A stretch of 58,188 bases of DNA, the filler included, from Sphacelaria rigidula (lineage: Eukaryota): NCBI GenBank assembly GCA_964200075.2. It is 3 parts of 3 records of this genome, joined end to end, with 100 filler letters (N's around TTAATTAATTAA, not from the genome) between each part and the next. Parts side by side here need not be neighbours in the genome. Positions count along the whole stretch, not along the records: positions 38,871 to 58,188 come from CAXNAA020000687.1; 2 more parts are not named here. One strand, 5' to 3'. The notes below the pieces were generated by a model. The model did no database searches, was not told the DNA's origin, and was given only the letters and a program-made list of their open reading frames with translations. Shown here piece after piece: positions 48,231-58,188 of this stretch. How positions within the stretch are numbered: position 1 is the first letter of the stretch; every line of letters begins with the position of its first letter. A program made the position numbers and the translations under genes.

Positions 48231-51122
48231 CTGATTTCTCAGTCCCGTTTCTCCGCTTGTTGTCCTGAACGCGTAGTCATTCATTGTGAAAGAGGCATCA
48301 CTCAGGGTGCTTGGATTCTACCGATGTAGATTATATTGTCAAAAAAATGTGCTGCGTACAGTATGGAATCTATTGTCAACTGCAATAGGCGCGAGAGTCG
48401 ATACTGTACGCAGTACAATTTTTGACTGTATTTTATTGTCCAGGGTATGGGGCGTTTGTCGATGGGCAATATGATCCGGTTGAATCTGGTTCGTGGGAGA
48501 GGACTGTGCACTGGTGAATGACTCTTATGTCTTGGCACGCTTATCATTCATGTGTCCAACGGCGCCTTCAATGAAAGAGATTAGGTGTAGTTTGTTCGTG
48601 AAGGGTTCACAGTCAAGGTTAGGGGTAGGCATTGTAGTAGACGACGAATATACATCTTTTCGCTATTCATCGCATCTCTCTCATCGAAACGTGGTGTAGG
48701 AGCATCAAGCTTCGGTAAATAAATGCTGAGGTTGAAGACAATGTTTCCGTCAAATAAAGAGTAATGGATACAATAGAGTCACGTTTTATTCGGAAGACGG
48801 TTACTTGCACATCCCGATGATAGGGCCAACCGTCTGCGTGAAGCACAATCGAAAATTTTGCTGTCCCTTGCGTGAAAATATTCCCCACTGGACCTCGGAC
48901 TTTGTCGAAAAACTGTCCTACAGCTCAAACTCTGGCTGTAATTTGCCGTGTTTTGGTTTTCGACATGATAGCAAACGGCGGTTCAACACTATACCACGTA
49001 CTGTAGTGCCGTTTCATGTGGATCCTTGATGGTAAATATCTCTCATGCTTGGCCACGGAAGCTCGTAGGGTGCGACAGTGTGCTGCCATTGTTTACATTA
49101 GTGTACTGTAGGAAGGTATGCAGATCATATAGCTTACGGTATATCCAACCTATGAGCTGGCAGACCAACACGTCAGTGAGGATGCGGTTGAGCCTCCAAG
49201 GATTGAGAGCGCTAAGCTTGGTCAACTCGACCACGCACATGCAATCACTCCTCCACCGCCTCCAGTTTTTCGAAAGAGACGAATCTCGGTTTTGTCTTGG
49301 CCGAGTGAAAAGCCCGATCAACGATCTGTCTCATCGACGTTTGTTGTGAGCTGCGGAAGGAAGTGGTTATTCAACCGCTGGGGCAACGTCTGCGATACAC
49401 TAATGTTCGCTGAACAGTAATCAGCCTGTCTCAAGGACAGTGCTACAGACACGAGGTGTTTCGACGGGGTTTGAACCATCGATTCTCGACCGCGTAGATC
49501 ATCAGCCTTCGATTCGAGACCACGTCGGTCAGTGTTACGAGAGGCTGATCAACCTGTCACAGTACCTGTAAACGAGGCGAACGACCTGTTGAAATATATT
49601 TGGCTATCGTGGCTTGTGTATAAAATACACAATGTTAACTGTCAGTAGACAGGAACAATCGGTTCAACTTGTGAACCCAGCTCTAATAAGAGAGCTCGCA
49701 GAGGCTGCACAGTGTTGGTTAAACACTTGTTTGTGCGAGAGAGAGGATGCTTGAAATTGCCGCTTCATCTGGGCGTTACTTAAATCAAACACATAAAACA
49801 CTTGGTTCCTTATTAACGCAGAAACCAATAACAAGCTGACAGGCTTGCTTGAGGTGGGTCGCTTTGGAGAGTAAATAGCGTGGGGCTATTTCACTCTGTC
49901 AATGAAACTCTTGGACACTATAAAACTGTCCATACCTTAGACTCTTGGTACTCAACCCTTCAATATTCTGACAATATGCTGACTCTCTGTATACGAGCTA
50001 TACAGTACATGAGCTATTCATTATTCTACGACGAATATCTCACTACTTCTGTTATTCCTACGATCCTTGTTGTAACGATGAACCGTTACTGGTTTTCCCG
50101 CTAATCCCGACTACGTATATTCGGAACTATTATTTCTTAACTTCCAACATGGTATACCCGAGCCGCCTACTCATACGGTCTCAATCGTAATGCTTCATCA
50201 TCGATCAGTCGCTTTTTTTTTGTTGTGGCGGCGCGTCCGCAAGAAACAGGTCCATCATTCGTATCATGTGTGAATTGCTCGAAATAGCCCCCCTCTCAGC
50301 TCTCAGGTGATGGTGAGACACGTGAATGGGGCCACAACACACGCGCGGGCCACTTTGAAATATGAATAATAGCACGTCATTCCCACTACATAACCCTTCC
50401 TCGCTACTAGACTGCTTTATTCTCCTCTTATGTACCATTGATGCGATCTAGTCGGCGATTGAGACTTAGGATTGCCCGTCGAGGCGATCTGCACTAAACC
50501 CGCCGGACTAAATCCGGGTACACTGCAGCAGCAGTTACACTTTCATCGTCAGAAACGCCTCGGTACGAACGAGACTTTGCGGTACCGGTACAGTCGAGAA
50601 AATCCGACTGAGCTACGGTGCCGCTCCGTTGCGTATGAAAGTATGTTCGATTCTAGCACAGTATGCTTATCCGTGTTTTACGTCGGCTTTGGTAGTTGTA
50701 ATGGTGCTGCTATAAAACTTATTGCGTGTACGCAGCAGCACAAGTATCATGCGAGCCGATTTAACGCACGTGGCGGGTTATCCGGCATGAATCACGCCTC
50801 TCTAACATCAGACGCACACCCATCATCAGCTTGGCCGTCAGCCACGAGTAGTACCGGATCCAAACTTTCAATATTTGCCGCTGATCAACGTGGATGTGAT
50901 GTCGACCAAACTTGGTGGATCGTGGTATTGATCGTGGGGCTCTCGATCGTCATCTCGAGGCTTGCTGGCCGGAGGAAAATTCTGGTAGAGTATTTCAAAC
51001 ATGATGGTAGATAAACAATAACGACCGGTGACGACGATTGTCGGAAGATGCGAGATGCACGAACAAAGTCTGAAGTTATCGGTCACTGTTGTTGTTACTG
51101 TTGAAACCAACGAACGGAAAAT

Positions 51123-52066
51123 TGTAGTCGCATCGGACCAGTTTTTGGTTGTGTCTGCGGATTACGGATACACATGACGACCCCACCACGAACACAAGAG
51201 TAAGCGACACCCATCCCCACCACACACAGCAGAAACCAAAGACTGACATTGGACCCTCTCAAGCACACACTATCATCCAAGCTTCGACCTGTAATAACGG
51301 CAAAGACTGACCTGCGGTACATTCAACTTCTCCCTGTCTTTCCCCGGCAGAGCTGAACGAAAACATCTACTGCTTCCATACAAATTAGTGTGAGCACTGG
51401 ACGACACCGCGACCACCACGACAGCGAGCGGAGTAACTTGCAACAGCAGCAGAAGGAGAAGACGAAGAAGCGCGGTGGTTACTGCTCCTGCTAGTTAGAT
51501 AAAAAGAGTCGGGCTGGACGGGAACGCAACAAGGTGCGGAGCGTTCGCCCTAGTCTAGTTCTGTATCAAGGATGTGCTCGGCGTGCAACAACATGAGAGA
51601 AGCACTCCGCATGTGCAGAGTGCAGACGAGGCCGACTTATCTGCAGAGAATATTGACATTTGTGTTTAGCATACTACAGTAACGAATTTGTCCGCTTCGT
51701 CACAACGTTGATTCACACAGCAGCTAAAGTCGCTTACCATTATGCTTTTTATATATAGTTTCAAGGCTAGTGAGCTGACGCCAAACTGCCACCATTAGCC
51801 TAAGGCGGTTCTGCGGTCCCTCTTCATGTGATTGTATCCCCTTTGTGTAGCGGGACAGAATCCCGCCCCTCGGTAGCAATCCTTAGATCTACTAGCACTA
51901 ACTGTTCCATTACCCATCGTGGCCAACGGCAGAACTATTGTGAAGTAGTATAGTCAGATTTCCGGCCGGTGTGTGTTGGTTGATTGGTGTTGCACACCCA
52001 ATTTGTTCCATGTCAACTTTCTTTGAGGAGGATTGTGTGAAAATTCACCTCTCAGTTTGGCTCAGA
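51123..52066 (+). repeat. ~1-kb diverged direct repeat, copy 1
   Basis: Starts tgtagtcgcatcggaccagtttttgg and ends aaattcacctctcagtttggctcaga. Colinear with 52238-53233. Confidence 0.88.
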
Positions 52067-52237
52067 CTCAAAGCGCACTCTTTGTATCTCTGTAATCCGG
52101 TAGCAAGCAGCCCTACCGAGATGTAAGTCTTCCCGCATGTTTTCGATCGGTGGTCTACACACAGGAGGTTTCGCCCCTCTCCCGGCAGCGTTTATTTTTT
52201 GTCATTCAGGATCCAGTATAGTAGTAGGACGCGCGAC

Positions 52238-53233
52238 TGTTGTCGCATCGGACCAGTTTTTGGTCGTGTCTGCGGATTACGGATACAGGATACAGATAGC
52301 GACCCCAGTATGCACACAAGACGTGAGAGTAAGCGACACCCAACCCCACCACACATAGTAAAAATCAAAGACTGACATGGATAGGACCCTTCATCAGGCA
52401 CACTACTATCCAAGGTTCGATCTGCAATAACGGCAAGCACTGACCTGCTGTACATCCATCATCTCCTTATCTTTTCTCAGCAGAGCTGAACGAAAGCATC
52501 TGCTGCCTCTATACACAACAACAGTCTAGGCATTGGACGACACCGTGAGCACGACAGCGAGAGGGTAACTTGAACAGCAACAGAAGGAGGGAGAAGACAA
52601 GGGAGCGCGGTGGTAACTGCTCCTGCTGGTCAGATCAAAAGAGTCGGGCTAGACGGGAACACAACAAGGTGCGGAGTGTTCGTGTTAGTCTAATTCTGTA
52701 CCAAGGATGTTGTGCTTGACGTGCAAGGACATACGAGAAGCATTCCGCATGCGCACAGAGTGCAGACGAGGCTGAGTCCACTACAACAAAGATTGGCATT
52801 TGTATCCGTTCAATGAACTACAGTAACGAATTTGTCCGCAGGATCACACAAGAGTTGATTCACTCAGCAGCAAATCCCACTTACTATTATGTACTTTGAA
52901 GTATCGACTTTTCCAAGGAGGTGAGCTCACACCAAACTGTCACCACGACTAGGCTGAGACAGTTCTGCGGCCCCTCTTCATGCTATTTCATTCCCTCTGT
53001 GTTGCGGAACAGAATTCCGTCCCTCTGTAGCCGATACTCAAATATTACTAGATCTCTAGCGCACTGCGTATACTATTACTCATCGTGGCCTGGTGAAGAA
53101 CCATTGTCAAGTACAAGTAGCCAGATTTCCGGCCGGTTTGTATTGGTTGGTTGGTGTTGCACACCCAATTGGTTCCACGTCAACTTTCTTTGAGGAGGAT
53201 TGTGTGCAAATTCACCTCTCACTTTGGCTTAGA
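52238..53233 (+). repeat. ~1-kb diverged direct repeat, copy 2
   Basis: Starts tgttgtcgcatcggaccagtttttgg and ends aaattcacctctcactttggcttaga. Confidence 0.88.
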
Positions 53234-53250
53234 TGAGGCAACCTAAAGTT

Positions 53251-54399
53251 ATCGAGCAAACTAACAATAACGCTAACGCTAATCCTAACTCCGACCCAAG
53301 GCGTACGAGACCCACGGGCAAGGGGGGTGCATAGGTTCCCTTAGACAAAGTGTGCGTTGGCAGACCTGAAATCGACGCCGCAGGCGCCGATTTCGACAAA
53401 AACGCCTTCTGGACGAGCTGGGTCCACTGCTCGACCGCCCCAAACCATAACTTTTCTCTCAAAACTTTTTCAACTCTATGAAAAAAACATTTTGTCAACC
53501 ATAGGTATACGACCAAAGTGAAAGATCGAAGCGTAGTGGGATCTGCGGTTTGTGAAACGGGTACGAATGTGAACAATCTAGGCTAATGTGAGGGCAATTG
53601 TGGAACGGTCGATGCAAGCAAATAGATCGCAGTCACGGAAATTGATATTCGAGTTTGGGGCAACGGGGGGAAATGGTGCGGCAGCTTAGTTTGAATGATT
53701 TTCTTCTTTTTCTCACTCACCCACCCTGGGTATGTTCAGGCGTAACATGCACAAATGTGCATGTTACGGTCTGGCTTGGTTTTGCGTTGCGTCACGAGTA
53801 ATGCTACGCTAGTACTACTGTAGGGGTACTTAAATATTTTCTGAGGTTACAAATTCTAGTAGCCCTTTATCTCATCCAAAACACGACTTATGAAAATATG
53901 CGAGAGTACGCCAAGATTACTATTTCAAAGTGCTGGGGATGTCCCGAATTAATCTGCAAACGGGGATGCCCTGATCCATATTCTTGTGCGTCTAGAATCG
54001 TTGGGAGCCCCTGAAAACCAGACAAAATTTCGCGAAAAAGTGCACCCCTACCGTAGCATTGCTCTCACTTTATTTGATCTTCATATTAAAAAATATTCCA
54101 CATTTATGAGAGGAGCAAAAGTTTAGGTCGTATATATTATATGGTTAACAACATTACTACTTGATTTTAGAATCGAGAAAGTTCTGGGAAAATTTATGGT
54201 TTGGGACAGGTGAGCAGCGGACCCAGCTCGTCCAGAACGCGTTTTTGTCGAAATCGGCGTTTGCGGCATCGATTTCAGGTCTGCCAACGCACACTTTGCC
54301 TTGGGGAACCCATGGATCCCCTTGCCAAGGATCTTGTAGTACGCCTTGGGTCGGGGTTAGGGTTAGGGTGAGGGTTAGCGGTACTGTTAGTTTGTTCGA
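53251..54399. mobile_element. Element or inverted pair with ~220-bp inverted arms carrying telomere-like hexamers
   Basis: 53251-53471 is the imperfect reverse complement of 54175-54399. The right arm has gggttagggttagggtgagggttag (54354-54378) and the left arm has ctaacgctaatcctaac. Confidence 0.68.
53796..54064 (-). mobile_element. MITE family B (Sola2-like), copy 3
   Basis: gagtaatgctac ... gtgcacccctaccgtagcattgctc, with 4-bp TSD tcac. Confidence 0.82.
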
Positions 54400-54483
54400 A
54401 ATACTCAACCGTGGATATACGACCACTACTACTCTAGCTCGCATTGTCAATAACGGCTCTAGGTGTTGCTACAATGTTCCGCT

Positions 54484-54800
54484 GCGCCCCGGTGGTGTAA
54501 TGGTCGGACTGCCGCCATTACGGTGGAGGGAACGAGGGTTCGATTCCCGATACGTTCGGTTTTTCCTTCGTCTTCGTTGTGTCTGATGTCCGCCGTGAAA
54601 AGCGTGAGAACGTGAGTAAACAAAGTAGTTGACTGCATGAGTTTGTTTGACGTAAAATGACGCGGTGCGGGAGTGCTGACCCGATCCGCGAGACCAAAAT
54701 GCGAGGCGTGTTCCGGGAGAGAGATGGGTCGATCCCTTGAGACCACGGATTCATGCCGAGGAAGAGGAGGGGTTCAAAATGCAGCAAATAAAAGTAAATA
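54484..54800 (+). mobile_element. tRNA-derived SINE, copy 2
   Basis: gcgccccggTGGTGTAATGGtc (box A) ... gGGTTCGATTCCc (box B). The body is homologous to 27262-27554 and the tail is A-rich. Confidence 0.78.
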
Positions 54801-55034
54801 ATATATAATAATGAATGAAAGTATTGATTTGTGTAGAAGAGCAACCCGAAGCCCCCCGGCGGTGCCAGTCTTTGCACATGTCCTGGGGTGGAGCTTACAG
54901 TATGTACAAAGGGGTTATCTCTTCGTAGCCCGATATAATAGCCCTGGAAAATAGAAGGGCTGCTACGCTATACGCATCCAGAGATGGTACAGTCCAAATA
55001 AATCTGAAAGTTTTCTCTATGCGACCGTTCTTGA

Positions 55035-55690
55035 GAGCAATGCTACGGTTGGGACGCACTTTTTGCCCAATATCTTGTCTGGTTCAGGGGCTCCTAGCGA
55101 TTGTAGATGCACTAGAACATGGGTCAGGGCATCTCCGTTTGCAAACTCGTTGGGGTTGTCCTTAGCACATTGAAACAGTAATCTTGGCGTACTCACATAT
55201 TTTATAAGTCGTATTTTGGACGAGATAACACACGCCGCCATTCGGCTACCCCCCAAAATACTCTGTTCCGGTCAACTTTTCGAGCCTCCAGAGGAATTAA
55301 ACGCCTCTAGAGGGTGCGCGGCCCTCCAGAGGGGTGTGATCGAACGCCTCAGAGGCTTGTTTTGCCTCTGGAGGGCCGCGCACCCTCTGGGGGAACTTCG
55401 AGGATGCTCAACCCTCCAGAGCACCATATTTTTGTTACTCTCGAGGGATTCAGACCTCAAAAGTCACTGGAGCATCAGATGCCCTCCAGAGGATTCGTTT
55501 TATGACCGGAACTGAGTATGAAATACCCTCCGGAGGGTATTTTTATCCTCCGGAGGGTCACTTTACCCTCGAGAGGATGAAAATCGCGATAGAGGATGTT
55601 TATGGGGGTAGCCGAATGGCCGCGCGTGAAAGGGCTCCTAACAACTCCAAACTCAGAAAATATTTGTGCACCCCTACCGTTGCATCACTC
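55035..55690 (+). mobile_element. MITE family B (Sola2-like), copy 4, interrupted by a nested element
   Basis: gagcaatgctacggttgggacgcac ... gtgcacccctaccgttgcatcactc, with 4-bp TSD ttga. Confidence 0.82.
55229..55628. mobile_element. CACTA/CMC-like MITE nested in family B copy 4
   Basis: TIRs cacacgccgccattcggctaccccc / gggggtagccgaatggccgcgcgtg, flanked by aa on both sides. Internal arrays of palindromic cctc(c/t)(a/g)gagg motifs. Confidence 0.7.
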
Positions 55691-56970
55691 TTGACCGTTC
55701 TCGACCGTTCTTGGACGAAAACGCAAGTATGGTCACGTACAAAATTGCGGCCCTGGATACGTCTCAACGAGTAGAGCAAGTCATTCCAAGGTGTCATACT
55801 TCGCTCAACAGGTGGACACTCTGCTACACCCTCGGAACACCTTCGGGATGTAGAGACCCTGTAGCGACCCTTTACAAGGTACAGAGCCCTCTCACGACCC
55901 TCCGCCAACCCTCTACAAGGTATAGAACCCCCTGTTGTGGCGATCCTATACACACCCTCCGCAATGTGCCGCCTTCACGTACCCTGCGGCGAGAGCAATA
56001 TTTTCATCACCTGTTAAACTAGCTCTCTTTCAGGCCGTACACCGACGAAGAAATACCAAAGAAGCGTTTATGCAGGATTTTTTTTGTTTGCCATAAGGAA
56101 CGGCCTCACTCGGAGATTTTAGCTTTGAACTTATCTTTCAGCAATATTTTATTCTGAAAAGTAGGACATTTTCCCGAAAAAGTCAAAAGGTTCTGGGGAA
56201 ATGTGCCGTTAACCACGACCTTTACATATAAATAGTAGTCGAACATCTATTTACCCAGTCGAAACGTTCTGGGTAGTAATCGTACTGTAGTCTGCACCGA
56301 AAATGTACTGGTTGTGTACATATATCATTCATGATGTGTGAAGACCTTGGCGTAGGTGAAAAAAGAGCACCACCACCACTTCTTCCTTGTATACCAGGTG
56401 CGCCAGATTCTGCACAAAAGAAACATGGGTAGAAAACACTTCCACGATATCTGGCTGGTGTGGTCTCAAACGGTAACCGAACGGCATTTATTTCCTTTCA
56501 TTTCTCGAAGGTACAGTAGCTCGTCGTGCTGGTGCGTGATACGGACGCAGCACTGTCTGCCCTCGATGTTATCTTACAGTTTGTACTTACACGTGGTCAG
56601 AGACTTTGCGTCATATCGGAATTTTCCAGCACTCTGATGATACGACGTAAGCACTATCATCGAAGCAACCGCCACCTTCCACCATATCAGAAGCTGGTGA
56701 AACGCCTCCATCAGAGATATTCACTGCGCGTGATCCATCGTTGGAAAACGTTGATATACACTATTTCCTTTCCCGACTATACCGTCATCGCATCATACCA
56801 TCGCTTCCCCTGTGGCATACATGCCAGCACTGCACTCTGAACTCGAAGACGCTGCATATATATATATATATATATACATCGGTTTGGAAAACGAGTAACC
56901 AATGGTTTGCAGCTTTCTCGTGTACCCCTCTGCCCATCGCTCCTTTCCCCACCACGAAAATACCAGGTAC

Positions 56971-58188
56971 ATGCACGCCGCAGAGAACACTATGCCTCTA
57001 CCCATCAGCACCATTGGCGGCCACGACGACACCACCAACAACGATGCTGCCACCCTCGACCGCCGCAGGGACGGCCACGCAGTCATCCCGTCACCTCCAT
57101 CGACCAGCCACGCCACCAATCATGAAAACCTAAAGCCGCTCGCCGGCAACACCATCAAGGACGACCCTGTGGGTTCCGTGCCCAGCGGGAGCGGTGGCGG
57201 CGGCTCCGCCAGCGGGGGCACGGGCGGTGGTGGCACAGGTACGAACGGCCGCGCCGCCTGCGCAAACGCTGACGACGACTCAGCGCCAGGCGTTCCACCT
57301 AGCAACAGCGGCGGGGACACTACTGACTCTGGGACTGACGGTGGGGGTGGGGCTAGCAATGGTCCTCCCATCAAGGCCCGCCCCGGTCCCGATGGTGGCA
57401 ACGGTGGTACCGGCGCCGTCGCCGGAACAAGCACCGTCCATGAAGCGGCGCCAATTGCGTTTCCGGGAATAAAGATGTGTGACGATGAGGGCAACGACTC
57501 ACTACCCACGCCTGTACACAGCACCGGCGGTGGGATACCAGGAACCAACGCCCCCCCGACGAAACGCCTTACCAGTCACCAAGGCGGCCGCGCCGGCGAT
57601 GCGAGTCGCGACTTAGACGGCACAGCACCACCGTCGGGAATCTCAGAGATATCGACATGTGTGCTCAGGGAAGGCGAGGACGACGGGTTGGGCAACCTTG
57701 CCAGCGGCGCCGGCGGGGGCGACTCCGTCAGTGCAGGAACGGGTGGTGACGAGGAAGGCAGCAACTGGTCCTGCGACAAAGCGGCGGCGTCCGATGTCGA
57801 CTTATCGGCAGCCGACCAGGCGAGGGGAAATTCGGCGAGAGACGGCGACGATCCTGCGACAAAGCCTCCCGCGGGCGGAAACGGAGGTGGCTCGCCCGCC
57901 GGCGGCGAAGGTCAGACGGACGGCAAGCCGCCCACAGGCGGAAAGCCAGCCACCAACGCCGCTAATCATCCGGCGGAGGGAGAGGAGAGCGGAAGTCACG
58001 TCGGTGGAATAGAAGACTTGACAGCGATTGGCAGCGATGACGATGATGTGGCGCCGCCGCCGTCGTTGTCTTCAGACGCCGCCGACGAGGACGAATCAGC
58101 GTATGGCCCCTTCGCCCGCAAGCTCCCGGACGGTGATGATTCCGCGGGCGGCGTATCTGGTGGAAGCGGCGGCGGCGGTAGCGCGGGC
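56971..58188 (+). CDS. Gly/Asp/Ser/Ala-rich low-complexity protein, 3'-incomplete (large exon running off the window)
   Basis: The frame is open from 56899 to the window end with no stop (406 codons from ATG 56971): MHAAENTMPLPISTIGGHDDTT...GSGGGGSASGGTGGGG...DDDDVAPPP...GGSGGGGSAG. GC content rises sharply here. A CAG acceptor sits at 56964-56966, and a possible phase-compatible upstream exon lies at 56398-56510. Confidence 0.68.
   Translation, partial: MHAAENTMPLPISTIGGHDDTTNNDAATLDRRRDGHAVIPSPPSTSHATNHENLKPLAGNTIKDDPVGSVPSGSGGGGSASGGTGGGGTGTNGRAACANADDDSAPGVPPSNSGGDTTDSGTDGGGGASNGPPIKARPGPDGGNGGTGAVAGTSTVHEAAPIAFPGIKMCDDEGNDSLPTPVHSTGGGIPGTNAPPTKRLTSHQGGRAGDASRDLDGTAPPSGISEISTCVLREGEDDGLGNLASGAGGGDSVSAGTGGDEEGSNWSCDKAAASDVDLSAADQARGNSARDGDDPATKPPAGGNGGGSPAGGEGQTDGKPPTGGKPATNAANHPAEGEESGSHVGGIEDLTAIGSDDDDVAPPPSLSSDAADEDESAYGPFARKLPDGDDSAGGVSGGSGGGGSAG

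Noticed and set aside
54484-54560. Functional tRNA gene
   Set aside because: Box A and box B are present, but I cannot form a proper acceptor stem or cloverleaf. It continues into a body shared with a second dispersed copy, so it is a SINE head.

Overview
Eukaryotic, intron-rich, repeat-dense genomic DNA. The WSC-domain gene, the EsV-1-7 repeat gene and many short GT-AG exons in long TE-filled introns point to a brown alga (Phaeophyceae, Ectocarpus-like); this host call is an inference. Four protein-coding loci can be reconstructed, all on the + strand. (1) A 22-exon, 5'-incomplete gene (1510-17160, ~1014 aa visible) encodes two WSC glycan-binding modules with Pro/Thr linkers, fused to an Agd3-like (CE18-type) polysaccharide deacetylase with intact-looking TVDD / HTLTH / PR / MFHQAN motifs. 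This is the most interesting item. (2) A spliced gene has two tandem PUB-like domains (exons 29423-37857, ends unresolved). (3) An EsV-1-7 Cys-rich repeat protein has six repeats (46821/46974-48230). (4) A Gly/Asp/Ser-rich ORF runs off the right edge (56971->58188). The rest is mostly transposon debris: LINE remnants, a tRNA-headed SINE family, microsatellite-tailed retroposon 3' ends, a GAG..CTC MITE family with 4-bp TSDs (Sola2-like), hAT-like and CACTA-like MITEs, palindromic fold-back elements and two diverged local duplications. Two 100-nt scaffold gaps carry an artificial TTAATTAATTAA linker. Most ORFs in the supplied track are spurious.
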